Below, one piece after another: positions 45,085 to 57,290 of a DNA stretch of 64,000 nt. The stretch lies in the NCBI GenBank assembly GCA_048772705.1, contig JBLWGC010000109.1, positions 248,001 through 312,000 of the forward strand. The letters run 5' to 3'. The stretch comes from Leidyana gryllorum EB-2025a. Taxonomy: Eukaryota; Protista; Apicomplexa. Every line of letters begins with the position of its first letter. The first letter of the stretch is position 1. The position numbers and the translations under genes were made by a program. The notes beneath the pieces were generated by a model. It was not told where the DNA came from. It did not search any database and saw nothing but the letters and a program-made list of their open reading frames with translations.

Positions 45085-46110
45085 TTACACTCGTCGTGAG
45101 ACTCCGGTAGTCTTCGTTGTCCCATTGGCAGCTGCGGCTCGCTTCACTCTGGTCCGACGGGGTGGGGCAGTGGGAGCAGGAGCCTCTTTTGTTGTATCAC
45201 CCTTCGTCATTTTCCGTCCGTCAGACTGTTTACGGCTTTCAACGGTTGCTGTGGATCCTTTCCGAGTGTCGACCTTTGCCCTCTTTGGTCGCGAGGGTTC
45301 TGCTGCGGTCGACCCATTCGGAGGCGGAGGGACACAAGGCGTCCCGGGGTCCACAATGACTTCCAGATCTTCATCGATTGCTGGCCGTTTACTCCCTTTG
45401 GAGCTTTCGTCGTCCGCGATCGGCGGCTGCTTTCGAACTCCAGGGGGTAGCACGGCTGGTTTCAGTACAATACCATCCTCAGGTTTCATTTTTGGATTCT
45501 TAGCTGGAATCGCAGGCACTCCCAGGCTTGTTGGCGTTGTCCATTTGTGCATCGCCTCCGTGATGTTCAAGGTGTTCAGATCTCGCGAACGCTTGCACAC
45601 GGTCTGGAGCAGTTTCTGATCTTCAAAGTCCAGGGATCGCCCTTGACCCAGATCAACAATTAGTTTGTTCAAGCGTCGAATGACATTCTGCGCATTCGTC
45701 AGCTGAGCCGAGTACGTCGTCTTCTCTTCAGCCAGCCGACCCGTGTGACCAGCCATCACCTCCATTCGCTGCACAATGAGCACAAAGTCATTATCCGCAC
45801 CGCGTCGATAGTGTGTGTGAGCAATTCAGAGCATACGCGGAGATGAGCGCTCACCTTCGATAAGGCGTCAAACTCTTCCAGCAGCCGTTTTTGCTCCACC
45901 TCCATCTCCACAATACGCTCGCTATACTGTTGTTCGGACATTTCCCGAGCTTTGGTTAGTTCGAGGTTACGCTGATTGATGGAGCAGCAGTCTCGGAGGA
46001 AAGGTCGACACACCACCGCTCACTTGTCGCAACTGCTCGATCTGAATCTCGACTTTCTCTCGCTCAGACACAATCACCGTTCTTTGTTGTGCATTGATCG
46101 CCGTCAGCAT
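45085..46110 (-). CDS. Hypothetical protein: N-terminal coiled coil plus basic disordered tail, multi-exon
   Basis: ORF pieces 45085-45783 and 45756-46016 with gtgag donors; ATG at 46110. Confidence 0.6.
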
Positions 46111-46359
46111 TAAACTATACGGGTTCACACGTGTGTGTGTAAATATCCTTAGCCTGGTGATCTGGGTACCTGGTGATCTCAGCCCAGCTTTGGCGTTCCG
46201 CTAAACAGACTTTTTCCATAGACTCGGCAGTGTCGGCCACTGAGGTTGCAACGGAACATATATCAGCCAGCCCTCATTACATTACTAACCATCATTGTCA
46301 GCGATGCGAGCACAATAGAGTACAGACATGGACTGATAAAAAGAGACAAGTATTCCGTG

Positions 46360-47012
46360 ATGTGTAAGAAAAGACGTCTATCAGACTCCCGTATGTCACC
46401 GAGTAACACCCCCCAAATTGCGTTACAACCGAATGCATATTGCCCCGAGGCTTTGACCCCTGCCACTGTTTCGTTGTTGAAGGCAGCAGACCAGGGCGAT
46501 GCGGCACTGTGCTCAGCGTTGGAGACTAATACTGGCTTTGTTACATCCTCTGACATCCTTATACATCCCACAGTCGCCAAACACGGCGATGCTGCACTTG
46601 TCAACAAGGTACATCAGAGCCTGACTTCCAGTGCAGAAATGAACAAAATGTTGTCATGCCTGGGTGCAAACGGCGAGCTAAGCTTCGAAGAGCTCATATC
46701 AAACCCCCATACCTACACGGCTGCTCAAAGCACCACTTTGCGATTCCAGGAGGTAAGCCATTGCACCCTTACAAAACCCCAGCCCATCAGAACGATATGG
46801 TGAATAAGCTTTTGGACAAAATGCGCCAACTTAAACCCGATTTGATATATGGGGATCAATGTTCGCGAGAGATTATACTCGAACCAAAGGTCGTTAAGGC
46901 CCCCCACGACCCGCCCCCATCTCACGGCGTCGCAAAACAGATCTATGTAGCTGACAAAGCGTGGACTCCAGCCGATCTCCACTCTCTTCACCAACGTCTC
47001 ACAAACATATAA
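46360..47012 (+). CDS. Hypothetical protein, one intron (~46753-46790)
   Basis: GAG|gtaagc...catcag|AAC joins the two ORFs; family not recognised. Confidence 0.55.
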
Positions 47013-47769
47013 ACACTATCGATCCTAGAATGAGTAACAACAAATGCCGACTCCACCAACAGAAGCGACCAAAGGCGCCACTCGCAACCGTAGTGCTCCC
47101 AATAGGCGGATTTGTAGCCGGACGCTGAGTCATAGTCCCATTCGTATACTCCAACACATCCATAACTATCCGAAACTTGTCGTAGTTCGTAACCGACGCG
47201 ATACAACTCCAACCATTTGCCCCGTCCTCACCCCGAATCAGTGTCATATGTCGACTATCCACTCCAGAATCCTCCAGCACACTGTACTTCAGTGTCAGTA
47301 CTCGCTCTTGCGAGTCGTACACCACAGAACCACTTGGCACCGCGCTCGGTAGTGGACTGGGAATACCACACGACTGGCCACCCCAAATCACACGAAACGC
47401 GTCAACTCCAGTGCATTCGTAATGCACCCCAAATATCTTCACAGGATCTATCATTGTCACCTTTGTGTCCTCCACAAACTCAAAGTTCAAACCAAAGTTC
47501 CCCATTATTGTCACCCCGCAGTCTATATACCTCGCATCCACTCGGTACTCACGCCGCAACCATAATTCACAATCCCATGGGGCTACTGCCCGACACAGCT
47601 CAACCGCCCCAATGCCACTTGCGCCATAAGTATCACACACCGCACTGCAACAGTTATCTCGACATCCGTACTCTATCACGTCCCCTCGCTCTATACCTTC
47701 AGGCAAAGTCTGTTGCCAACCTTCACAAATCAAAGCAGTAAAACCAACAACGCTAATCAAAAACTTCAT
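46999..47769 (-). CDS. Cys-rich secreted, probably GPI-anchored, surface protein
   Basis: Signal peptide MKFLISVVGFTALICEG, many Cys, T/P linker, hydrophobic C-terminus LLLLILGSIVFICL. Confidence 0.75.
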   Translation of the reverse strand: MKFLISVVGFTALICEGWQQTLPEGIERGDVIEYGCRDNCCSAVCDTYGASGIGAVELCRAVAPWDCELWLRREYRVDARYIDCGVTIMGNFGLNFEFVEDTKVTMIDPVKIFGVHYECTGVDAFRVIWGGQSCGIPSPLPSAVPSGSVVYDSQERVLTLKYSVLEDSGVDSRHMTLIRGEDGANGWSCIASVTNYDKFRIVMDVLEYTNGTMTQRPATNPPIGSTTVASGAFGRFCWWSRHLLLLILGSIVFICL

Positions 47770-47772
47770 CGT

Positions 47773-50167
47773 CTAAATCGCTGGTCCTCGAAACGGCAAT
47801 AAACACCTGGACTCGTCCTCAGCATCATTCCATGACCCATCTGGACACGTCCACACTCCACCCGTTGAGTATTGACGGACACAACTCTCATTAAACATAA
47901 CAAATCCGAACGGACAACCTCTCTTCACTTCTCGAACTTCGTCGGAACGGCACAAACCGTCTATGCTTAACACATATCCACCAGGACAAATTTGCTCGGG
48001 CTCTATTTCCAACTCCTGCCTACATTCTGAACCAAATAACTGACTGCCTTCCTGGCATGTCAATAAGGGCGCCTGCGAAGACAAAATATAGCGTCACTTA
48101 TCGTTGACTCACCTCTGCGTGCTCCTTGAAGCAAATGCGTCGCTGACTGTCCAGACGCCATCCGGGAGGACAGCCCATACTCGAATTCACAGACGTTGTG
48201 TCCACACATCTCTCGCTCTGATTGAGCAACATCCCTGCTGGACACTCCAAAGCTGGTGGACTCTCGATGAAAGCCACACACCGACCCAAGGCACTTTGGT
48301 AAGTAAATCCTTGGACAACGGCACACGTCGGCAAACCAGGTACCATTTCCTGTGCTACACAAGTCGTCCCACGCAGTATGTGACCCGTCGGACAATCCAA
48401 CAGAACGCCAGCGCGTTCCACTCGTTGGCACAATCGACCATCAAATTGGAAACCAGGCGAGGGACACAGCATACGAGGAGTCTCCTTGAGGATCTTGATA
48501 CACACTCCTTCAGTCAGAGAGAATTCGAATCCTTCGCGGCATGTCACTTGAGGCGTCTCATAATCCACACGCTCGCATTCGGTATCTTCATTTAGTAACG
48601 CCGCCGGGATAGGGGATGAAGGATCCCACTGGGACAGGGGTGGGGTGCCGTCCAGGTGGCCCCACTGAGGTGTCGAATAGTCAGGATCTATCTGGAAGGT
48701 CACTCCGGGAGGTACCACTGGAGCCATAGACACCGAGGTCTGTGGAGAGGAAGGTCCAATCATTACTTCATCTGAGGGCAACAAGCCTGCCAAGGCAGGG
48801 ACATTGGGTTCTATCTGTCCCGGAACTATGTCAAGGATCTCAGGTGGACCTCCTCCGAGGACAGGCACCACTATGAACTGATCACGGATCACGTCATCTA
48901 CAGCACTGCCAACTTCACTGGCTGCGCGCATGTCTGCAGCTTTCGCAGAATCCTCTTTTATGGTGCTCGCCATGTCAGTTTCTGGACCGTTATCTTCACT
49001 TCCTACTGTAGGCGTACTGGATGCTTGCCCTTCTTCCTTCACTGTTGCTGCCTGACCTGCCAGAGGAGCCGCTTGCGGCTTCTCACTAAGGGGCTCAGTT
49101 CCCGTGTGTCCATTCACATCAGCAGCATCAATCTCGACATCCAAGAGTTTGCGTTGGCGTGCCGAATATGGGGTGTATCCATTTGGGCAGACTCTTTCTG
49201 GAGGCGATAATGACTCTTTGATGCAGAGGTTTGCGAGAGCGGGATCGAGCTGTGGCAGGAAATGTACAGTTGACAAAAATGGACTCACCTGGAAGCCTGG
49301 TGGACACAAGATGGTTGGCAATTCCATCACTTCACGCAGGCACATGCTCTTATCCGTCACTCGATGACCTTCCGGACACCTCGGCGCAGGGTGTGTGCTC
49401 CTGCTAGATACACAAATGTCGGCGACCTCCTCAACTGCTGAGGTAGATGAAGCTGTTTTAGCGTTACGCGAGCGTGCTGCTAGAACACGGTGGTCTGCTC
49501 CACCAAAGCCATAGAGCGTGGACCGTTTGGTCAACTCAAATCCATCTGGGCATTGGAGGGTCGCTGACATGGTGTCTTCGCGGAGACAAAGGTCGTCAAT
49601 CAGACGCCACCTCTCTGACTGACATTGTCTGATGGGTTCCGTGAACTCGGTGATTAAGCAAATGCCTTCTGTGAGCCGGCCATTCACAGGGCACACCAGA
49701 CTAGGGAGCAAACCCTTGGGCCTGACACAAACTGGCGTGGTCAACTTCGTTCCCCTAGCTGATTTGACAGATCCTGGATGGGCTCGTTGTTCCAAAGCAA
49801 ATCCATTGTCGCACGTTTCAATGGGCGAGGCTTCCTCTAAGCATTCACACAGCGATTCAACTGCCGATGAAGGCTGGCAGGGGGCTGGACATGAAACGCT
49901 GGCTGGGACAGATGCAAGGTCCTCGCACTGATTCGTGAGATGGTTGAGAAACTGGTGGGGTCCACACACTGCGGGCTGAGCTATAATGCTTCTGGCAGCT
50001 TTCTTCGTTGGAAGAGCCGGTTTGACCCGTTCGCGCGATTGCCGCTCGGCGAACAGACCACCTAGCTCATTAGCAGCAGGGAAAGCATTGAAAACCTGGT
50101 TCCAGAAGGGTCGTTCCTCAGCGAATGCATGAACACCAACATAAAAATAGATTATGTGCCTGAGCAT
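47773..50167 (-). CDS. Oocyst wall protein (COWP/OWP-like Cys repeats), multi-exon
   Basis: Signal peptide; many CPxG(F/Y)-x-C units with Cys every 10-12 aa; last intron joins the 47773-48084 frame. Confidence 0.85.
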
Positions 50168-50222
50168 GGTAGACACACACACGTTCGATACTTCTCGAAT
50201 CTGGGCATGTAGGTGATGGTGA

Positions 50223-51458
50223 CTAATCGCAAGCCTTGATAAAATACTTTTTGTATTGCTCCGCCCGAGCTAGCATCCAGGAGCGAGCGTTGTCATGGTG
50301 GTAGCATACGAGTTCGAAAAGGACCGAGAAGGAATTCAAGTAGTACAAGACTGGGACGTCGGTTGACAGATCCCGAAAGAATTCAGAAGCATCCGATGTT
50401 CGGTTCATACTTCAATAAAAACAATCGAGTGGTACTATGCGATGTAATATTTGCCAAGAAATTGTTGTAGGACACAGACTCTCCACCGTCGGTTGGGGAA
50501 GTATTTTGGCCAGTGGAATAGAAAGATCTGTGCCGGAAGCCACAAAAGCTGACAGACTATTCCACTGTTCCTCACTGCGCACTGTTACTACTTGATCTGC
50601 CACAAGGCGGAGAGTAAAAGAACTGGCAAAAGCAGATGAAGGGCGCAATTCTGGAATCCCAAGGTCTCTAAAACTCCTCCTCTGGAAGGCGCTCTGGCCT
50701 TTACTCGGAGCACTCATACAGATAGACCCATTCGTAACGGATGAGTTGATCAGAGCACTGTGGTAGGCGAGAAAGTGAGCTTCAGGATCACAGCCCAAAA
50801 TCAATCTGTCGGGATGTGGGCCAGGCTCCATTCTGTACTCGTTTATTGCCCTAAGATACCTCCATATTGCTGGTTTGCCCAGCATCCTCTTCAGCCGCCT
50901 GGCGCATTGGCAGATCTTGCGTAAATCGGACAAGTTGAAGAAGGGGACCAGATTCAACAGGAAAAAGTCCTTGGTTAAGATCGAACGATCTTCTTCTTCG
51001 TCTTCACTCCATAGTAATCCAGCAGGCGACCGTGTCAGTGGGTACTGCGGTGGGTCTGAGAAGCATCTGGTCATCTCATTCCGCAACCAGAAGGCCCTTT
51101 GTGGAGAGCCGTCTGTACTGGTGGGGGTAACGGCCTCCAGCCTCAAGGTTGGAGAAGCAATGCTCAGTGTGCGAAGGGTCATGTAGACATCCTGGGTGTG
51201 AGGCGAGCATCTTTCAACGATATGGAAGCCAATGGATTCGCCTGGCTCGAGAATGAGCTGGTCAAGGGCTGGCCCATCATCGTGTGCGGTGGTGTGCAGG
51301 TGGCATCTAAGCTGGACAGCTGACCTTTTGATGTGATCGCCTAGAATAGTTCCACAAATGCTGAGCAGAGTGGTGCCGATGGGAATCTGCTGCGTTATAG
51401 TGCCATAGATCCTGGTTTTGTCCAATTGAATAGTGCGCGATTCTTGCATCGCACACAT
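50223..51458 (-). CDS. F-box protein with possible N-terminal ubiquitin-like domain
   Basis: LTKDFFLLNLVPFFNLSDLRKICQCARRLKRMLGKPAIWRYL fits the F-box pattern; last exon uncertain. Confidence 0.62.
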
Positions 51459-51508
51459 GCATCGCACTGTCAAACCACCCGCGCATTTTGATTATCCACA
51501 ATTCGACA

Positions 51509-53318
51509 ATGCGGGGGATTGGCAGTCATTCCCACGCCAACGAAAGTTGGTTGGTTTATTCGCCGTAAGCACCCAAACCCTCGGATTGATATTGGAGCTG
51601 ACGCAGGTTGGCGTCATGCGTTCCAAGCTGCTTTGCCATCATCCTGATAGTGTTTCTAAGTGCGCTTCAAATTGTAGCTTGGCATCTGGGCCACTTGACT
51701 GTGATGATACCTATCAGACAGGAGGGCAGTAATACTCCACAGTTACGAAAGATGAGCTTTCCCCATGCGCCAATCAGCATGACTGGTAACCACCCGCCAG
51801 AGTACTTTCTATACGCGTTTGGGAGCACTGCCATTGGCATAGCTATTCTGGTGTATGTGTTATCGTTTCGACGGGCGGCCTACTACGAGCTGAATGCCTT
51901 GTACGATTCGTTCCGAGTTCGTCCAGCTGCGTCAATGAGTCCATCCAGTATGTCTAACCCGGTTGATCAGGGGTCTTTACAAACTGGGGAAACACCATTA
52001 CGCCATCAAGTGGCCTTCTGGCGAGGACATTTCCGAATAGCTGGAGGGCTTGACAGCGAGGAGGGACAGACTCAGGAGACCCTTCGTTCAAACTCTCTAC
52101 CGGCTGAATTGACCTCCCCTTTAATGGACCTGAGATGTCGGCGGAAGCGGGTGTTGAATATCATCACAGGGCTCATAGTGACATCGATCATCTGTTTTAT
52201 TGGGCAAGCCGTTATCCCGGCCCAACCGGACACCCTCTATGTGAGTCGCCGCCTCACCGTTTACAAAATATTCCTACACAGCAAGTGGCTCGGACATGCC
52301 GTCGCATCATAGAGATCCCTGAGAAGGCTCATCTGGTGGCTGGGGCGAACAATGGCTCGTATCAGTCGTCGGTGGGCGATGCAGGGGGTGTGTATGTATC
52401 TGGGCCCGGCGACATTGCCGAGTTCGGCTCGGGATCTCCGTTTGGTGCTGCCCGATATATGGAGGGCAGAGTCCTGCCGCTGGCACTGGACTGGTCGCAA
52501 GATGAGTCGCTGGCCTACAATGACGGCGAAACGTTTGAACATGACGTGGAGGCTGGCGGTGTGCCCAACAGCGTTGGGGACAACAGAGACCTTCACAACG
52601 ATGATAGTGAAAGCGACAAGCGGACATTGTCCATTAAAGAACGAATGATTGCTTTATATGAGAAATTAGCAGAGCTGGCACCATCGCAAGTGTCATCGTC
52701 TGAGACTATGCCTGAACTAGGCCTGAGTCCAGACCTATTGATCTGTGGCACTGTGGCAGACTGGAAACCTCGGTGGTTTACATGGATCCATTGCTTATTC
52801 GCCCGTAAGTGGGGACAACACAGTGTGTGCATGACAACCATTGCCTTCTCGGCTTACCGATCCCCAAGTCCTCCATTCACATACACACTCCCCCCATACA
52901 CACCTTTACACATATATACATACACACGCACACACACATCCTTAATTTCGTTCCGGCAGTATTCTTCTTCATACTATTGTATGTTGCTGAGTTAATAACG
53001 ACGATATTCTTGTTTGGTAAAGTACTGCGACGTTTCGGATGTCGGATGTCGAGTACGCCTCCAATGTTCACAGCAAGTGCAACGTCGGTTACATTGAAGA
53101 TCTTGTTGCTTTTATCGGCAACGTTGAAACCAGTTTCGATGTTTCAAGTGGACTTCCTGAGGCATTTTTCGCAGATCGAAGTGTCGGGTATTAGTCAGTG
53201 GATGTCGACTCTATCGTGTTTGTTGTTCATGGCTACGCTGGGCATTGAGGTTGAGCGATTGCGGCAGGGTCTGATCAATGAAAGGCAGCGCTTAACGCTG
53301 GCAGCGTTGTTGACCTGA
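51509..53318 (+). CDS. Frag1/DRAM/Sfk1 (TMEM150-like) multi-pass membrane protein, multi-exon
   Basis: AWHLGH..PISMTGNHPPEYFLYAFG, later IHCLFA and SQWMSTL; about 6 TM segments; introns restore frame. Confidence 0.72.
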
Positions 53319-53736
53319 GCATCGATGGCTGATGGTTATATTAATTAGTTAGCAAAATGGACGACTTGAAACAGAGGCAACGTGTGTGTTCATGAAATGT
53401 TGCACTACCCAATGACAATCGTCATATATATATCAGGAAGCACCCACTATCACAGAGCCTCCCTCCATGGGGTCGCGGGCGCAGAGGCAATGACCGATTG
53501 GAACGCCCCTCCAATGGCCATCGCCTCGGCAAACCTAAAATAACACAAAGAGGAGAAATACTGACAGAATATTGGGAGGGGGCGCGTCACAAGAATTGGA
53601 GGATCATGAATACTGCTGCCTCGGGGAGGCTGCAGATGTCCTCGGCCCACTTCTCTCTTAAACATGCCGCTGATGACGCAGCTTTAAACATCTCCTGGTG
53701 ATGGACCAAGCGTAAGAGTTCCTAAGAAGGCGAGCA

Positions 53737-54948
53737 TCAACAACGAAGGGGTAGTTTGCTTACTTCACGGCGTCTTCGAGTGGCGGTGATACAGAACAGT
53801 TCGGAACTTCCGACTGATTGCTGCCACAACGCCCACGGCCGAGCGTGGGCAAAATTCTTGTAGTGGGTCATGATCGGCCAACGGCAGACCGTCCAACGTG
53901 AGAGTTGGAATCGAGTGCGAAAATCGTGAGGTTCATACCACCCGAGCAGCGGTAGGTAAGCGGGGCTTTTGAGGTGGATCGGATTTGGCTCGGACGCGAA
54001 CCGAGCTGACCACTTGATACCGGCAGAGCTCCGTTCGAGAGCAATTTCGGCATGCCAACTAGGCGCGCCGTGCCATAAAACTTTGAGGTGGAAAGAGTTG
54101 GGAGCGTCAAGGCTCACATCAGCCGCTAGTTCGGTTGGCTGTTGTGGCCAGCGCTCTTTAGTAAGAAATTGAGGAATGTTCTCAAACTCGTTATTGTTGC
54201 CTTGAGGAGGAGGAGTGTCATCGTCGCTGCTTTTCCTCTTCTTGAATCGGGAAGGGGATTGAAGATGATCTTCATGTCGGTGCTGCAGCAATAAGTTATT
54301 TTCCTTCTCAGCTCCCCTGTCGGTTTCATTGCTGTCCTCGATCGGAATGACACTCCATGATGACCGTGTCCAGTCGTAGAGAGCCAATACTTGACCTTTC
54401 CAATCCAGCCCCCCACATACGACTAAAGTGTGGTCGTCAAGCTGGTAAAGCCCCGCCATTGCATTGACTATTGGGCAACTTGGCGCCGGCGACCACCTAT
54501 CGTCGTCTAAATTCAACACCCAAACGTCGCCTGAGAACTCTTTCGAACACGGCTTCCGGCCTCCCAACACCAAGACACTGTTTCGGTCCGGTGCGGGCGC
54601 CATAGAGCTACAGATGGGGAGACGAAAGGAGGGTGAGGGGGGCTGGATTTCTCGATTATAAAAACATCCGGTCGGAGAGGAAGAAGGAGAAACCGAAGAA
54701 GAAGGAGAGGACTTGAACTGCTTTTGCTGCAGATTATACACATGTGCAATCCCATTTTCTTCAATGAAGACAAGATTCGAATTCACAACGCAACCGAGGC
54801 GGGAGGCACTGCCAGGGAGCTTCGGGGTCATTGCAACCACGTCTAACTCCACCACAGTGTCTCCATCGTCCAGCACTATTCCCGCGGCAGAGTCAGATGA
54901 ACTTGTAGCCTCTCTCAATAGCGGGAGGTCTAGTAATTCAAAGCCCAT
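53737..54948 (-). CDS. Kelch-repeat protein
   Basis: VLVLGG..DVWVLNLDDDRW and LVVCGG..LYDWTRSSW. Confidence 0.7.
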   Translation of the reverse strand: MGFELLDLPLLREATSSSDSAAGIVLDDGDTVVELDVVAMTPKLPGSASRLGCVVNSNLVFIEENGIAHVYNLQQKQFKSSPSSSVSPSSSPTGCFYNREIQPPSPSFRLPICSSMAPAPDRNSVLVLGGRKPCSKEFSGDVWVLNLDDDRWSPAPSCPIVNAMAGLYQLDDHTLVVCGGLDWKGQVLALYDWTRSSWSVIPIEDSNETDRGAEKENNLLLQHRHEDHLQSPSRFKKRKSSDDDTPPPQGNNNEFENIPQFLTKERWPQQPTELAADVSLDAPNSFHLKVLWHGAPSWHAEIALERSSAGIKWSARFASEPNPIHLKSPAYLPLLGWYEPHDFRTRFQLSRWTVCRWPIMTHYKNFAHARPWALWQQSVGSSELFCITATRRRREVSKLPLRC

Positions 54949-54959
54949 TATCGAAGAAT

Positions 54960-56609
54960 TCACTCTAGAAAAGTTTCTGATGTCGATATCACACATTTAT
55001 CTATCTCTGCCAAAAACAATCTGAACTTCCCGCCCCACCCTGCAGCCCAAACCGGAGGTTCGGGAGCCTCCAAAATATCCTGCACCCGCTCACGACTCCT
55101 CAGATCCTCGTAAGCTTCCCCAGGACGGTAGAAACAGGCATATAGGTCTATAGCGGAGGGCACGACGTTCGGGTGCAGTGATAGTAGCTGTAAACAAACA
55201 AAATCCGATCAATCACGTGCACGTGCAAACCCCTTACTTTCTGAGGGGTAGACCCCTTCACCAAGGCGAAATCCGGGTAACAGTTGTCCTCACGGTGTGC
55301 CAACGCGCTTTTCGCGCCCGAAAACACGCGTTCGACGTCGGCCGGGATAGGATCCCTTAGGGGTACAGAGCTCAGTTCAGATACCTCAATGCTCTTCAAA
55401 TTGCTCCGAATATCCATTTGATCGAATACCTGTTGAGTATACTCAGCGGTATACTCAACAAAATACCACTCAGAGTGGACTTTGGTATCTTTCAAACAGC
55501 TGTCGTTATACAACGGATCACCATTGATCGGGGCTTTCAGATACTATAATACAAAGACGTGCGGTCTTCCGCCCAAACCATTTGTGGGGACTCACTTTCA
55601 GATGTGCTCGCAACTGGTGGGTGCGCCCCGTGATGGGTACACACAGCAACGTAAGCAAGCCTTCGCGCAAGTCTTCGTTGCCAGCAGCCTGCTTCTGAGA
55701 GTCGGTCACAGCATCCTGAAGACAGAGATACAACGAGCAGCTCTTTTTGCCCTCTGGCTCTGGGAGAACGGCTACTGACAATGCAGTGCCCGGCTCATGT
55801 TGCATCTTTGCTAGCGGGGCAGTGCACTTGATATAGCGATAGGTGGTGGTATCACCGTCAACGGCCGTAGCCTCTATGACCTCTGCGTGCTCCAATGCTG
55901 ATGCGTCGGAGCACAATTTGTCCCAACTGGACGCTTGGGCGCGCGCGATGTAGCCCTTTGGCCACTTCTTGAATTGCCCCAGCATGTCCCGGCAGGTTTG
56001 GCCTGAAGTGGCTATTGCTATGAGGCCCCCTGTGACCCGATCGAGTCTGGAGAGAGGCGAGAATGAGAGTTTGGTGGCATCGTCTGGTGCTGTGGATGTG
56101 AGTGTGCTCATGAGAGTGTCATCGCGACGGAGCAGCCAGTCGAGACTATTGTACTCGAAGGGTCCCTGGGGATAGCAAGGGATTCCAGGGGGTTTGTCAA
56201 CGACGAAGAAGTCTTTCTTCGAGTCGATGAAGATAACCTTTGGGGATATGAGAGGGACAACGGCTTCTGAGAGAAGGCATTTATGGGTTATTCGCTCGTT
56301 GCCTTTGAGAGTGGTGGGATTGTCGAGGCGGGGCTTCTTGTTGGGCGGCTGGGCGAGTGCGGCCGCGGGGGGAGTCGCTGTGAGGAGCCCTTTGGCGATT
56401 GCATTGACATAATAGGCGGTTGGACGTGAACTGTATTCAGACGCAAAAACCTCCAAGAGACTAAGTTGAGTTTGAAATGGGGACGATAGATTCTGCGCCG
56501 CGTCTCACCTCTTGCCCTTCCAACGACTCTTCATCGCCAATTTGAATTCGCGGACGCGGGGATAGCTAGTACGTAGAGGTCCGGCCCCATTGGCCAGCCA
56601 AAGTTCCAT
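54960..56609 (-). CDS. RluA-family pseudouridine synthase (RPUSD2/Pus9/Rib2-like), multi-exon
   Basis: KSRWKGK|SLLEVFASEY..YYVNAI, VVDKPPGIP, SRLDRVTGGL (catalytic Asp), PITGRTHQLRAHL. Confidence 0.9.
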
Positions 56610-56630
56610 TGGGCCGCCCAAAAAAGCCTT

Positions 56631-57276
56631 CTACAGCTGTTCCAGCTTGACAGCAACCGTTTGGCCGTCGGCCTTGATGGTGGACACACTTAGTCGAACA
56701 GGATCGCCCTCCTCTTCGGCCACATTCCAAATAGATCCAACTGGACCAAAGACGTCTCCAGTCACATCTGAAAGAGCACTCAGCGATATAGAACAACTAG
56801 ATAAGTTTTGGCTTACTGATAGGAACGCTTTGAGTCAGCTCAAAGGATCTTTCGACCCAATTGTTGTACCAAGAGCTGTAATCGCCCTTGGGATACGACG
56901 ACTCTGCGAATACAAAAGCGTTCCCGTGGTTGATGGTGAGCTTCTCAGTCATAGGCTCATCCCACTTGAGGTTTTTGACAAACTCGTCCGAGGCAGTGAC
57001 GTCTTCGTCTTTGTCCTCCGATTTGAAACCCGCCAGATTGATCAGAATCAGCGCTTTACCCTCAGATAGACACGAGGTCCAGATGCCGTCTTTGCACGGG
57101 GACAGTCTGATAATGTGGTGGTCCTTGTCTTCGTCCTCCTGCTGTATTGTGCTGGGATAACTAGGGAGCATCTGCGGGTCACTCAAAATCAAGGAGGGCG
57201 GCTCATCAGGACACAATGAAGAGGGGAGTCCCTTCGCAGGGAGAATGTAGCAACCGCCGTCAACCAGTGAAGTCAT
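56631..57276 (-). CDS. Hypothetical acidic protein, one intron
   Basis: A|gtaagc...tttcag|AT gives a continuous frame ending DGQTVAVKLEQL*. Confidence 0.6.
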
Positions 57277-57290
57277 AACCAAATTTTGAG

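Noticed and set aside
45085-46110. Shugoshin-like layout (coiled coil plus basic tail)
   Set aside because: SGO motif (Y.EP.L) absent
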